A stretch of 46,786 nt of DNA from Campylobacterales bacterium (GTDB lineage Bacteria > Campylobacterota > Campylobacteria > Campylobacterales > QNZT01), in assembly GCA_027081145.1 (NCBI GenBank), contig JALWLB010000098.1, positions 1 through 46,786 of the forward strand, in the 5' to 3' direction. A program made the position numbers and the translations under genes. The notes beneath the pieces were generated by a model. It saw only the letters and a list, made by a program, of their open reading frames with translations, did no database searches and had not been told where the DNA came from. This document shows, piece by piece, positions 19,134-29,388 of this stretch (positions within the stretch are counted from its first letter, which is position 1; each line of letters starts with the position of its first letter).

Positions 19134-19937
19134 ATGGGTACACATGAATTGCAAATAGTAACTAATGAGGCTTTAAAAGAGAGTAGTAAATTTGATGTTG
19201 TAACACCATCTTTGTATGAAGATATATTTTACTCCAAAGCTGAAGATAAAAATGTAGCAATTGAAGAGCTAAATATAAATAGCGAGGCTAAAATTTTGGA
19301 AAAAATTTTAAAAATTCAAGATGAGACTAAAAAAAATACAATGGCACTAAAAGATAATATAGATCTTGCAAAAGTTGCTATAGAAAATCAAGATAACGAA
19401 GCTTTAAATAAAATAAGTAGCGATGTTGAAGAGCTTAGACAAAGAGTTTTATTGCTTGAGACTCAAATATATTTTGATGACTTGACAAAAGTATATAATA
19501 GAAAATGGCTACATGAGAAGTGTTTAGTGGATGATAAATTTATAACCGATGGAGTATTGGCATTTGTTGATGTAAACTATTTTAAACAGATAAATGATAC
19601 TTATGGTCATGTTACTGGAGATAAAGTGCTATTTATGGTGGCAAATTGGATAAATAAGATAGAAAATGCCGATATCTTAAGATATGGTGGTGATGAATTT
19701 ATACTAATTACAAAAGATACCGATGTATCAAAAGTTGAAAAGTTTTTTAGAAATTTAAATGACTCTTTGGCAAAAAAAAGTTTAAAATACAAAGATAAAC
19801 TCTTTAAAGTTAGTATCTCTGTGGGTATTCAAAGCTTTAAAAAAGATGATGAATTTAAAAAAATCCTTGAAATAGCTGATCAAAAAATGTATGATCATAA
19901 AATGGAGATCAAAAAAAGGTGTTTAGCTCCTGTTTAG
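19134..19937 (+). CDS. GGDEF-domain diguanylate cyclase with an N-terminal coiled-coil region
   Basis: DDLTKVYNRKWL...VDVNYFKQINDTYGHVTGD...RYGGDEF. No TM or sensor domain is evident. Confidence 0.8.
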   Translation: MGTHELQIVTNEALKESSKFDVVTPSLYEDIFYSKAEDKNVAIEELNINSEAKILEKILKIQDETKKNTMALKDNIDLAKVAIENQDNEALNKISSDVEELRQRVLLLETQIYFDDLTKVYNRKWLHEKCLVDDKFITDGVLAFVDVNYFKQINDTYGHVTGDKVLFMVANWINKIENADILRYGGDEFILITKDTDVSKVEKFFRNLNDSLAKKSLKYKDKLFKVSISVGIQSFKKDDEFKKILEIADQKMYDHKMEIKKRCLAPV

Positions 19938-20748
19938 TGCAGTAAATATCTTTTGAAATCTCTTTTTTTAACTCATCTAAATTGGAAAATTTTCTATTTT
20001 CTCTTAAAAATTTGACAAATTCAATCTCTAGTGACTCTATCTTGATCTCTTTTTTTATATCAATTATATGTGTCTCTATGCTAAAACTGTTATCTACACT
20101 CAATCTATGACCTATAAAAGTAACCGATGGGAGCTTTTTATCATTTATAGTGGCTAATGTAGCATAAACACCACTTTTTGGAATCAAAAATTTTTCAACT
20201 TTTATATTTAGTGTTGGATAAAGACTCTTTTTTCCAATGCCCAATCCTTTTATTACATCTCCTTGAATCAAATAGTTTCTACCTAAAAGTCTGTTTGCCT
20301 TTTGGATTTTTCCACTTTTTATCAACTCTTTTATAACTCTTGAGTGAATTGCGATATCATCTAACTTGATCTGCTCTATAACTTCAACTTTATGTTTAAA
20401 AAGCTTTTTGAGCGTTGTTACATCACCCATTCTATCCTTGCCAAATTTAAAATCATACCCAACAACAATCTTTTTTAAATTTTTAAATCTCTTTAGTAAA
20501 AAATCGACAAACTCTTTTGAAGATAGATCTTTGATCTTTTGATAATCTATAAAACATACACCGGTATTTATATATCTATTTCTTTGGGTACTTGGAGTTA
20601 AAGAGGCTCTTTTTTTATCAATAACCAATACCAATGAGTTTGAACTAAGTTTTGAGATTAGGTGTTGATGAGCTTTATGAACACCATCAAATCCACCAAT
20701 TGCAATAGAATCAATTTGATCATTTTCTAAAGTGGTAAAATATCTCAA
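19909..20748 (-). CDS. ribF: Bifunctional riboflavin kinase / FMN adenylyltransferase RibF (TTG start proposed)
   Basis: IAIGGFDGVHKAHQ motif and a C-terminal riboflavin kinase domain. The TTG at 20748 is preceded by AAGAGGGA. The longest ORF (to 20826) would overlap tlyA by 107 nt. Confidence 0.75.
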   Translation of the reverse strand: MRYFTTLENDQIDSIAIGGFDGVHKAHQHLISKLSSNSLVLVIDKKRASLTPSTQRNRYINTGVCFIDYQKIKDLSSKEFVDFLLKRFKNLKKIVVGYDFKFGKDRMGDVTTLKKLFKHKVEVIEQIKLDDIAIHSRVIKELIKSGKIQKANRLLGRNYLIQGDVIKGLGIGKKSLYPTLNIKVEKFLIPKSGVYATLATINDKKLPSVTFIGHRLSVDNSFSIETHIIDIKKEIKIESLEIEFVKFLRENRKFSNLDELKKEISKDIYCTKQELNTFF

Positions 20749-21424
20749 GATTTCCCTCTTTGCCTTTAGGAAAAGACTCTGTTTTTTGTAAAAGTTGCCA
20801 CGAAAACTCTCTACATGATATCTCAAATTTACTTAGTGCCAATTCAATTGACTCTTTTTGTTTAACAACTCCTCTTTTATCTCTTTTTACATCTTTTCCC
20901 ACCTCAAATTGAGGCTTAAACAAGATAACAATATCAAAACTTGCCAATCTATCAATATCTCTTAAAACATGCTCAAGTGAGATAAATGATAGATCACAAG
21001 TAACTACATGAAAATACTTCTCACTTTTAAAATTTCGTATATCGCACTCTTCATATGAGACAACTTTTGGTGAAGATTTTATTTTTGGATGGAGCTGATT
21101 TTTACCAACATCAACCCCAATAACCTCTTTTGCTCCAAATTCAAGCAACACCTCTATAAATCCTCCACTACTACTACCTATATCTAAACATATTTTATTT
21201 TTTATGTCTATATGATATGAACTTAGAAAATTTTTTAGTTTTTTACCAGCTCTACTGACATATTGATTTGACTCTTTTATGCAAACACTCTGAGAAGTGA
21301 TTTGAAAGGAGGGCTTTGTGACAATCTTGCCATCGACCAATACTTTTTTACTTTTTATTAATTCTTGTGCTTTATTTCTACTATCACAATATTTTTTTAA
21401 AAAAATGTAACTATCTAACCTCAT
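20720..21424 (-). CDS. tlyA: TlyA family rRNA (cytidine-2'-O)-methyltransferase / hemolysin A
   Basis: S4 domain (MRLDSYI...SRNKAQELIKSKKVLVDGK) plus an FtsJ-type SAM-binding motif (CLDIGSSSGGF). Confidence 0.85.
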   Translation of the reverse strand: MRLDSYIFLKKYCDSRNKAQELIKSKKVLVDGKIVTKPSFQITSQSVCIKESNQYVSRAGKKLKNFLSSYHIDIKNKICLDIGSSSGGFIEVLLEFGAKEVIGVDVGKNQLHPKIKSSPKVVSYEECDIRNFKSEKYFHVVTCDLSFISLEHVLRDIDRLASFDIVILFKPQFEVGKDVKRDKRGVVKQKESIELALSKFEISCREFSWQLLQKTESFPKGKEGNLEIFYHFRK

Positions 21425-21569
21425 TTTTTACCCAATTTGGACTATAAAATCACAAAACTACAAAAATAGCAGTTAATTATCGCTTAATTTATAAATTTTT
21501 TTCAAAAAAAGCTAAATAAATTTTCAATTCTATCGATATAGAGTATATACAAATATATAAGGGAAGAAA

Positions 21570-21767
21570 ATGAAAGTATCAAACAAAGAGATAGCAGCCG
21601 CAATTCACAAAACACCTTCTGCAATTTCATATTTAAAAAAGAATAACTACGATGAGTATTTGATTTTAAAACTTGGAGTTGCTTGTAAAAAGTTAAATCT
21701 CGATAGCGAAGATTTAATGGCGATGTACTCACTCAAACAAATTGAGTTAAAGAGTATGGCATCTTAG
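21570..21767 (+). CDS. Small (65 aa) putative helix-turn-helix protein
   Basis: AAGGGA Shine-Dalgarno 6 nt upstream. SNKEIAAAIHKTPSAISYLKK looks like an HTH. It is preferred over the overlapping minus-strand ORF 21502-21732, which is low-complexity and lacks a Shine-Dalgarno. Confidence 0.45.
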   Translation: MKVSNKEIAAAIHKTPSAISYLKKNNYDEYLILKLGVACKKLNLDSEDLMAMYSLKQIELKSMAS

Positions 21768-22493
21768 TTAGTACTTGATCTTTGCCAAATATAGACCATT
21801 TGGCAAAGCTAAAGTACAATTGTGCAGTTTTTTACATGATAACTGCTCAATCAAATCTTTAGTTGTGAGTTTAGACTCACTAATCTTTAGTAAAAACCCA
21901 ACCATCATCCTAATTTGAGATCGTAAAAATCTATCAGCTTCAAAGTACATGATATAAAGATCGTTATATTTATAAAATCTTGTTTTATAGATAGTACAAA
22001 TATCACTCTTTGTATCACTGTTGCTTTTTTTAAATAGGCTAAAATTGTGTTTGCCTTCAAACAATTTTATAGCCTCTTGGATTTTACTTTCATCAATACT
22101 TTTTACAAATGTTATGTATGAGTTTAAAAATACAGATACTTCATTTGTAGATATCATGTAGCGATAGACTCTTCTTTTTGCACTAAATCTAGCATGAAAA
22201 TTTGAATCAACTTTTTGAATCTTTTTGATATAAATCTCAGGTAAACAGATACGATTTAGACAAGATTTCAATTTATCTAAATCTTTCCAAAAAGATGGCA
22301 ACTCCAAATCAACAACCCCAGCCAAAGCATGAACCCCACTATCGGTTCTACCACTAAAATTTATTTTAGAGTAAATATTTAAACAACTTAGAGCATATGA
22401 GAGTTTAGAAGCGACTGTTTGGCTGTGCTCTTTTTGTATTTGTGAGCCTCTAAATTTACTTCCATCATAACTAAGAGTGATTTTGATTTTCAT
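21768..22493 (-). CDS. truA: tRNA pseudouridine(38-40) synthase TruA
   Basis: MKIKITLSYDGSKFRGSQ...GRTDSGVHA (catalytic Asp motif), ~241 aa from the ATG at 22493. Confidence 0.9.
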   Translation of the reverse strand: MKIKITLSYDGSKFRGSQIQKEHSQTVASKLSYALSCLNIYSKINFSGRTDSGVHALAGVVDLELPSFWKDLDKLKSCLNRICLPEIYIKKIQKVDSNFHARFSAKRRVYRYMISTNEVSVFLNSYITFVKSIDESKIQEAIKLFEGKHNFSLFKKSNSDTKSDICTIYKTRFYKYNDLYIMYFEADRFLRSQIRMMVGFLLKISESKLTTKDLIEQLSCKKLHNCTLALPNGLYLAKIKY

Positions 22494-22577
22494 AGTTTTG
22501 ATTATGCAATAAATTTTATAAAATTTAGGAGTTAAATTTGATAATATTTTGCTAAAATAGCTCAAAAAGGAGAGTGT

Positions 22578-23666
22578 TTGGAAGATTTTATAAAAGATAT
22601 ATCAAATATACAAACATTTATAGATGGTTTTTCTGAGTATGGGGTTGTAAAAATAGCTATTGCTTTAATGGCTTTTTTTCTATTTCTATTTTTGAGAAAA
22701 CTGTTTTCATTGATTGTTATCAAAAGTATTAAAAAAATCACTTCAAAAACAAAAACCGATCTTGATGATAAGTTGGTTAAGATCTTTAGTGAACCTATGA
22801 AGTTTTTATTTATCATTTTTGGATTGAGCGTGTTTTTATCTATACTTGAGATCAAAACAAGCTTTAGCCAAAATCTCTTAAAATCTCTATTTACATTTGT
22901 AATTTTTTGGATATTTTATGGATCGATTGAGATTATCAAAGAGCCAATTTTTAAATTTGGTAAAAAATTTGGAAGCGATTTAACAAAAGAGATTACAGAC
23001 TTTTTATTAAAAATTATAAAAATATTTGTAGCATCAGTTGGAATAGTCTCTATTTTACAAATTTGGGGTATAAATGTTAGTGCTTTTATAGCATCTTTAG
23101 GGCTTGGTGGTTTGGCATTTGCACTAGCTGCAAAAGATACAGCCGCAAATCTTTTTGGATCTTTGGCGATTTTAGCCGATAAAGCTATAAAAACAGGAGA
23201 GTGGATAAAGGTAAATGGTGTTGAGGGAGTTGTTGAAGATATAGGTATGAGAACTACCAAAATAAGAACATTTGAAAAATCACTCATAACAATACCAAAT
23301 CAAATCATAGCAAACAACCCAATAGAAAACTTTTCAAGAAGAGGCATAAGACGGATAAAAACTCGTATAGGCTTAGACTATAACACTACAAATGAGCAAT
23401 TGAGTAAAATCATACAAGATATAAAATCGATGTTAAAATCCCATCCCGAAATCTCTCAAGATAGTACAACTATAGTAAATTTTGATAGATTTGATGATAG
23501 TTCATTAAGCATCTTTTTATACTACTTTGCAAATACTGCAAATTGGAAAAGGTATTTAGATATAAAAGAAGATACATATCTAAAGATCATTGAGATTGTA
23601 GAAAAAAATGGCTCTTCATTTGCATTTCCAACTCGAAGCATATATTTGCATAATGAGGATAAATGA
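22578..23666 (+). CDS. Small-conductance mechanosensitive channel (MscS family)
   Basis: TM helices followed by an MscS beta domain (GEWIKVNGVEGVVEDIGMRTTKIRTFEKSLITIPN). TTG start preceded by AAGGAGAG. Confidence 0.85.
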   Translation: MEDFIKDISNIQTFIDGFSEYGVVKIAIALMAFFLFLFLRKLFSLIVIKSIKKITSKTKTDLDDKLVKIFSEPMKFLFIIFGLSVFLSILEIKTSFSQNLLKSLFTFVIFWIFYGSIEIIKEPIFKFGKKFGSDLTKEITDFLLKIIKIFVASVGIVSILQIWGINVSAFIASLGLGGLAFALAAKDTAANLFGSLAILADKAIKTGEWIKVNGVEGVVEDIGMRTTKIRTFEKSLITIPNQIIANNPIENFSRRGIRRIKTRIGLDYNTTNEQLSKIIQDIKSMLKSHPEISQDSTTIVNFDRFDDSSLSIFLYYFANTANWKRYLDIKEDTYLKIIEIVEKNGSSFAFPTRSIYLHNEDK

Positions 23667-25033
23667 AAAAAGTAGCTCTTATTGGAAAACCAAATGTTGG
23701 CAAAAGTTCACTATTTAATCTCATAGCTCACAAGTTTGATGCTATAACTTCTGATATCAGTGGCACTACAAGAGATGTAAAAACCAAAGAGGTTTTGATA
23801 GAGGATAAACCAGCTATTTTAATAGATACTGGTGGATTGGATGATTCAAATGAACTCTTTAAAGAGGTAGAGAAAAAATCTTTACAAGTGGCAAAAGAGT
23901 CAGACATTATTCTTTATTTGGTAGATGGTAAGATTTTGCCAAGTGATGAAGATAAAAGGATCTTTTTTAATCTTGAGAGATTAGATGCTGATGTAGCTTT
24001 GGTTGTAAATAAGATAGACAATGAAAAGATGTTTGAACAATTTAGCTGGGAGTTTTACTCTTTTGGTGCAAAAAATATCTTTTTTATCTCAGCATCACAC
24101 AAAATAGGCACAAGAAAATTACAAAATTGGATAGCTTCAAAACTAGATGATAATAAACCAATATTGGTAGAAGATGATGATCTTAGCTTTGAAGAGTTTT
24201 TAGAAAATAAACCACAACAGATAAAATCGATAACAAAAGAGATTAAGATTGCAATAATTGGTCGAGTAAATGTAGGTAAAAGCTCACTCTTAAATGCTCT
24301 TATACAAAAAGATAGAGCAGTTGTTAGTGAAATTGCTGGAACTACAATTGATCCTGTAGATGAATCTATAATTTATAATGATACAACTTTTACTTTTGTT
24401 GATACAGCAGGAATTAGAAAAAGAGGTAAGATCGAAGGAATAGAAAGACATGCACTTTTTAGAACTCAAAAGATGCTAGAAAATGCTGATATAGCTCTTT
24501 TGGTGTTAGACTCTTCTGAAGAGTTTAAAGAGCTTGATGAAAAGATAGCCCATTTGGTAGAAAAGTTCTCTCTAGGTTGCATTATAGTGCTAAATAAGTG
24601 GGATAAAACTCTACATGATTATAAAACAAGTGTTAAAAAAGTAAAAGATAGATTTAAATTTTTATCTTATGCTCCTATTATAACTCTATCAGCTCTATCA
24701 AACAAAAGAGTTCATAAAGTAAATGATCTTATTTTAAAAGTGTATGAGAACTATTCAAGAAGAGTACCTACTTCAAAATTAAACGATCTTATAAAGTTTG
24801 CAAACTCAAAACACCATTTACCATCAGACATGGGAAAAGTTGTAAAGATATATTTTGCAACACAATATGATATAAAACCACCTAGAGTTGCACTTGTTAT
24901 GAATAGACCAAAAGCTCTTCATTTTAGCTATAAAAGATATCTTACAAATCAACTAAGAGAGCATTTTGAATTTGAAGGAACGCCAATTATTTTAGAGGCA
25001 AAACCAAAAAATCATCAACAGGAGAGTGAGTGA
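23663..25033 (+). CDS. der: Ribosome-biogenesis GTPase Der (EngA), double GTPase domains plus a KH-like domain
   Basis: Two G domains (GKPNVGKSS...DTGG; GRVNVGKSS...DTAG...NKWD). The start overlaps the MscS stop (ATGA). Confidence 0.95.
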   Translation: MKKVALIGKPNVGKSSLFNLIAHKFDAITSDISGTTRDVKTKEVLIEDKPAILIDTGGLDDSNELFKEVEKKSLQVAKESDIILYLVDGKILPSDEDKRIFFNLERLDADVALVVNKIDNEKMFEQFSWEFYSFGAKNIFFISASHKIGTRKLQNWIASKLDDNKPILVEDDDLSFEEFLENKPQQIKSITKEIKIAIIGRVNVGKSSLLNALIQKDRAVVSEIAGTTIDPVDESIIYNDTTFTFVDTAGIRKRGKIEGIERHALFRTQKMLENADIALLVLDSSEEFKELDEKIAHLVEKFSLGCIIVLNKWDKTLHDYKTSVKKVKDRFKFLSYAPIITLSALSNKRVHKVNDLILKVYENYSRRVPTSKLNDLIKFANSKHHLPSDMGKVVKIYFATQYDIKPPRVALVMNRPKALHFSYKRYLTNQLREHFEFEGTPIILEAKPKNHQQESE

Positions 25034-25533
25034 AAAATATACTCTTAATAGGCTTTATGGGTGTTGGAAAAGGTACAGTTGCAAGAGAGTTTACAAAAAA
25101 TAGTGATCTTTTTGCAATCGATTGTGATGATCTTATAGAGAGTTTAGAAAATAGAAAGATCAAAGAGATATTCAAAGAAGATGGAGAGAGCTACTTTAGA
25201 GATTTAGAAAAAAAGACAGCTCTTTGGCTTGAAAAGAGTGTAAAAAATGCTATCATTTCAACTGGTGGCGGATTTTACAAGGTAAAAAATTTGAAAAAGA
25301 TAGGCACTGTAGTACTGCTTGATTCTTCATTTGAAGCGATCTTACAAAGAATACTAAACCACCCAAACGCTAAAAACAAATTGGCAAAAAGACCTCTTTT
25401 TAATTCACCAAAAGAGGCAAAAAAGTTATACAATCAAAGATCAAAAGAGTATAAAAAAGTGGCAGATATCGTCATAAATGTAGAGAACAAAAGCCCAAAA
25501 GAGATAGTAGATGAGATCAAAAAAGCTCTTTAG
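25030..25533 (+). CDS. aroK: Shikimate kinase
   Basis: GFMGVGKGTV Walker A, ...TGGG..., 167 aa. GTG start with GGAGAG upstream, overlapping the der stop. Confidence 0.85.
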   Translation: MKNILLIGFMGVGKGTVAREFTKNSDLFAIDCDDLIESLENRKIKEIFKEDGESYFRDLEKKTALWLEKSVKNAIISTGGGFYKVKNLKKIGTVVLLDSSFEAILQRILNHPNAKNKLAKRPLFNSPKEAKKLYNQRSKEYKKVADIVINVENKSPKEIVDEIKKAL

Positions 25534-26353
25534 ATCAAATATGATGTTAAATCCTCTAAATGAGAAACATTTTAAAAAGTTTGACTCTCTTGAAGCTGAT
25601 ATGATAACTCTAAATTTAGAAGATGCTATCGCTTTATCAAGAAAAAAAGAGGCATTAGAAAATTGTACTAAATTTTTATCAAATAGAAAAAAAACTGATC
25701 ATTTTATAATAATTAGAACAAATCCAATTGATCAAGGTGGAGACAAAGAGATAGAGCTTTTAAATGATTTTGAATTTGATGCGATAAGAATCCCAAAAGT
25801 AAAAGATAGCTTAGATGTTAAAAAAGCTCTAAATATATTGGATGATAAAAAAGAGCTCCATCTCTCCATAGAAACAAAAGAGGCATTTTTAAATATAAGC
25901 TCTTTAAAAGTTGATCCAAGAGTAACAACTCTTAATCTTGGAATACTTGATCTTTTGAACTCTTTAAACTTACCACAATCTCTACTAACTTTAGATAATC
26001 CAACAATAGAGTATATCTTGAGTAAATTTTTAATAGACGCTAAAGCAAATGATCTACTTGCTATCTCATTTATGTTTCAAGAGTATAATGATACAAAAAC
26101 ATTTACCTCATGGTGCAAAAAGGAAAAATCCATGGGTTATGAAGCCAAAGCATGTATGGGACCAAAACAGGTAGAAATAGCAAACCAAATCTTTGATATC
26201 TCAAAAGAGGAGTTAAAAAGAGCAAAATATATAAAAGAGGTATTTGAAAAAAACTCTCTAAAAGCCAATAACGGCTTTATGGATGAGAAGTATGGTTTCA
26301 TAGATGAGCCAATTTATAAAGATGCTCTTTTGATACTCAAAAAACTACGCTAA
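25511..26353 (+). CDS. HpcH/HpaI aldolase - citrate lyase beta (CitE)-like acyl-CoA lyase
   Basis: The N-terminal RS..M..P pattern and DMITLNLEDAI match the CitE DLEDAV metal-site motif. ~280 aa. Confidence 0.6.
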   Translation: MRSKKLFRSNMMLNPLNEKHFKKFDSLEADMITLNLEDAIALSRKKEALENCTKFLSNRKKTDHFIIIRTNPIDQGGDKEIELLNDFEFDAIRIPKVKDSLDVKKALNILDDKKELHLSIETKEAFLNISSLKVDPRVTTLNLGILDLLNSLNLPQSLLTLDNPTIEYILSKFLIDAKANDLLAISFMFQEYNDTKTFTSWCKKEKSMGYEAKACMGPKQVEIANQIFDISKEELKRAKYIKEVFEKNSLKANNGFMDEKYGFIDEPIYKDALLILKKLR

Positions 26354-26428
26354 TATTTATCAAAATTTTATCTCATAAACAGCTATAAAAAAATTTTTAA
26401 AGGTCGATTTATAAAAAAGAGGTGCAAA

Positions 26429-27685
26429 ATGGATACAGTAACTATAATAGACAATAGAACAAACAAAAGGGCAGAGTTTCCTATACTAAAATCTACTGCT
26501 GGAAGTGATGTTTTTGATATATCAACTCTTAACAAAGAGCTTGGTCTATACACTTATGATAATGGCTTTAGCATGACAGCTTCGTGTGAATCTAGCATAA
26601 CCTTTATAGATGGAAATAAAGGAGAACTATTTTATAGAGGATACCCTATAGAAGAGTTGGCTGGTAAAAAGAAGTATCTTGAAGTATGCTATTTGCTTCT
26701 ACATGATAAGTTACCAACAGAGAGTGAATTTAAAGAGTTTCGTGAAGATATGAGAATCAAAAGATATCCAAATGAAGGGATTAAAAAAATCTTTGACTCA
26801 TTTCCAGATAGTGCTCACCCTATGGCGGTACTATCTTCAGCTATCTCTGCTTTGAGTGCTTTTCACCATCAACACTTAAATATAACATCTCAACAAGAGT
26901 ATATAGAGATGGCAAAAAGAATAATAGCAAAAGTACCTACACTAGCAGCATACACATATAGACACTCTATGGGTTATCCAAAAATCTATCCCGATCTTGA
27001 TCGTGGCTTTGTAGAAAATTTTCTCTATATGTTAAGAGCATTTCCAGGTGGCAAAGCCGAAATTGCTCAAGTTGAAATAGACGCTCTTGATGCGATTTTC
27101 ACTCTACATGCAGATCATGAACAAAACGCTTCTACCTCAGCAGTTAGATTGGTTTGTTCAACCGGAGCACATCCTTATGCTGCAATTTCAGCAGGAGTAA
27201 ATGCTCTTTGGGGAAGATCTCATGGTGGAGCAAATGAATCGGTAATTGCTCAACTTGAGCTTATTGGAAGTGTTGAAAATGTTGATAAATTTATAAAAAA
27301 AGCAAAAGATAAAAATGATCCATTTAAATTGATGGGATTTGGACATAGAGTTTATAAAAATTACGATCCAAGAGCTAAAGTTTTAAAAAATATGAGAGAT
27401 AAACTTCAAAATGAGTTAGGGATAAATTCAAAACTCATAGAGATTGCAAACAGAGTTGAACAGATAGCTTTGAGTGATGAGTATTTTGTAAAAAGAAACT
27501 TATATCCAAATATAGACTTCTATTCAGGCTCTTTATTGACAGCTTTAAAAATTCCAAAAAGTATGTTTACTCCAATTTTTGTAATAGGAAGAACAGCAGG
27601 TTGGATAACTCAATGGATAGAGCAAAAGAGCAATCCAAAAAATAAAATCATAAGACCAAGACAGAGGTATATTGGAAAGTATTAA
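26429..27685 (+). CDS. gltA: Citrate synthase
   Basis: Type II citrate synthase signatures (LHADHEQNASTS, GFGHRVYKNYDPRA, NIDFYSG). Confidence 0.95.
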   Translation: MDTVTIIDNRTNKRAEFPILKSTAGSDVFDISTLNKELGLYTYDNGFSMTASCESSITFIDGNKGELFYRGYPIEELAGKKKYLEVCYLLLHDKLPTESEFKEFREDMRIKRYPNEGIKKIFDSFPDSAHPMAVLSSAISALSAFHHQHLNITSQQEYIEMAKRIIAKVPTLAAYTYRHSMGYPKIYPDLDRGFVENFLYMLRAFPGGKAEIAQVEIDALDAIFTLHADHEQNASTSAVRLVCSTGAHPYAAISAGVNALWGRSHGGANESVIAQLELIGSVENVDKFIKKAKDKNDPFKLMGFGHRVYKNYDPRAKVLKNMRDKLQNELGINSKLIEIANRVEQIALSDEYFVKRNLYPNIDFYSGSLLTALKIPKSMFTPIFVIGRTAGWITQWIEQKSNPKNKIIRPRQRYIGKY

Positions 27686-29388
27686 TACTTAATCCATCTT
27701 ATCATGTAGGGCTCTAAATCGATATTTTTTGTATTTATAGCCCTTTGATGTATCAAATCATATGCACCATTTTGCTCTATAGGCGTTTTACAATTTAGAC
27801 TCTTATTTGAAAAGTTATAAATTGCCAATATACTCTCACTCTTATCGATCGATTTTCTCTCTATCGCAAAGACCTTATCATGTAGAGATAAAATTTTAAA
27901 CTCTCCAAATGGATGAAAAGCTTTTTGTTCTTTTCTAATCGATAATAATCTTTTATACTCATTAAATATTTCTGCTCTAATAGATCCTTTTTGGTTTAAC
28001 TCTTTTGTTAATGTATCATAATCCAGCTTTTGACGATTTATAGATCTTTTCTCTTTTGTCTTTTTTACACCCTCTAAATCATTAGATGATCCAACCAAAG
28101 AGTGAAAATAGATCCCCGCAACTCCTGGCATACTTAATACAACAGCTTGAGTTAAAATCATCTTTTTAACTCTTAAATCCTGTTTTTCATCTTTGTTTGA
28201 GATGATATCTATATAACTAGCATTTAATTCATACGGTAACTCTTTGCCATCACTAGTAGATCGATACGACACAAAACCGCCATTTTTCTTCACATTTTTA
28301 ATCAAATCATCTATATCTTGTAAACTTAGTATATCACTAACAGCTCTTAATCCACACCCATCATGACTAGCACTAAAATTAAAAAAACAGACTCTATCAC
28401 TTGGCAAACTTAAAGAGTTAGCCCATTTGGTTAAAGCTTTTGTATTTTGTTTTAAAATGCTATGAGCTAGTAAGGGTGAGAGAGCAAAATTATAAACCAT
28501 TTGAGCCTCATCATAACCATTGCCAAAATATGAGATATTTTCATCATGTGGAACATTGGTCTCTGTTACTATTATAACCCAAGGGGCAATTTTATGTATA
28601 ACTTCTCGCATAAGCTTTATCAATTCGTGTGTCTGTTTTAGATGCACACAAGAGGTACCAATAATCTTCCATATAAAAGCAATTGCATCAAGCCTAAGCA
28701 GATCTGCCCCTTTTTGTACATAAAAGAGTAAAACATCCAAAACAGCTATCAAAACTTTATAGTTTGCATAGTTTAAATCAACCTGATCTTTACTAAAAGT
28801 TGTCCAAATGTATCTATTTTTTTTATCGATATCTTGATAATCATGTAGCAGTGGCAGTGTACGAGGCCTAGTTACACCTGATAGATCCACACTTGGATCA
28901 ACTTGTGTAAAAAACTCTTTATAACAAGGATCATTTTTCAAAAATTTTTGAAACCAGCTTGAAGATTGAGATACATGATTTATAACTGCATCAAACATCA
29001 ATCGATAATTTTTAGAGAGATTTTGGATATCTTGCCATGAACCCATCTTTGGGCAAACCTCTTTATACTCAATAACAGAAAATCCATCATCTGATGAGTA
29101 TGGATAAAATGGCAAAATATGTACAGAGTTTATAAAATCTTTTACATATCTATCTAAAAAGTTGTTTAAACTAAGAAGTGGTTTTTGATTTGGCTTTAAC
29201 ACTTGATTGGCATATGTTATCAAAATCACATCTTTTTCACTCAGTTGATACGATTTGAACTCTATCTTATCTTTATACTTATCTATTAGCTCATTTATAC
29301 ACTTAAATGCTTTTTGTGCATCTTGATCACTATATATTAGTTGCAATCTACTTAAAATAGTATCTTCTTTTTGATATATCTTATTCAT
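27682..29388 (-). CDS. GH13_18 sucrose-phosphorylase-family enzyme, probably glucosylglycerate phosphorylase (YcjM-like)
   Basis: RLDAIAF (nucleophile region), VTETN (acid/base), FSASHDGCG. At 568 aa it fits the longer YcjM-type members rather than the ~490-aa sucrose phosphorylases. Confidence 0.6.
   Translation of the reverse strand: MNKIYQKEDTILSRLQLIYSDQDAQKAFKCINELIDKYKDKIEFKSYQLSEKDVILITYANQVLKPNQKPLLSLNNFLDRYVKDFINSVHILPFYPYSSDDGFSVIEYKEVCPKMGSWQDIQNLSKNYRLMFDAVINHVSQSSSWFQKFLKNDPCYKEFFTQVDPSVDLSGVTRPRTLPLLHDYQDIDKKNRYIWTTFSKDQVDLNYANYKVLIAVLDVLLFYVQKGADLLRLDAIAFIWKIIGTSCVHLKQTHELIKLMREVIHKIAPWVIIVTETNVPHDENISYFGNGYDEAQMVYNFALSPLLAHSILKQNTKALTKWANSLSLPSDRVCFFNFSASHDGCGLRAVSDILSLQDIDDLIKNVKKNGGFVSYRSTSDGKELPYELNASYIDIISNKDEKQDLRVKKMILTQAVVLSMPGVAGIYFHSLVGSSNDLEGVKKTKEKRSINRQKLDYDTLTKELNQKGSIRAEIFNEYKRLLSIRKEQKAFHPFGEFKILSLHDKVFAIERKSIDKSESILAIYNFSNKSLNCKTPIEQNGAYDLIHQRAINTKNIDLEPYMIRWIKY

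Noticed and set aside
19909-20826. Longest-ORF version of ribF (ATG at 20826), and similar N-terminal extensions in the ORF track for mscL, acnB, flgL, hup, the helicase, rhomboid, truA, nfnA, nfnB and the sulfurylase-like gene
   Set aside because: The extensions overlap upstream genes by tens of nt or add non-conserved residues. In each case an internal start with a good Shine-Dalgarno reproduces the canonical family N-terminus.
21502-21732. 76-aa minus-strand ORF overlapping the small HTH gene
   Set aside because: It has no Shine-Dalgarno, its composition is hydrophobic and low-complexity, and it would run into the tlyA promoter region. The plus-strand ORF has an AAGGGA Shine-Dalgarno and an HTH-like segment. 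Confidence in either remains modest.
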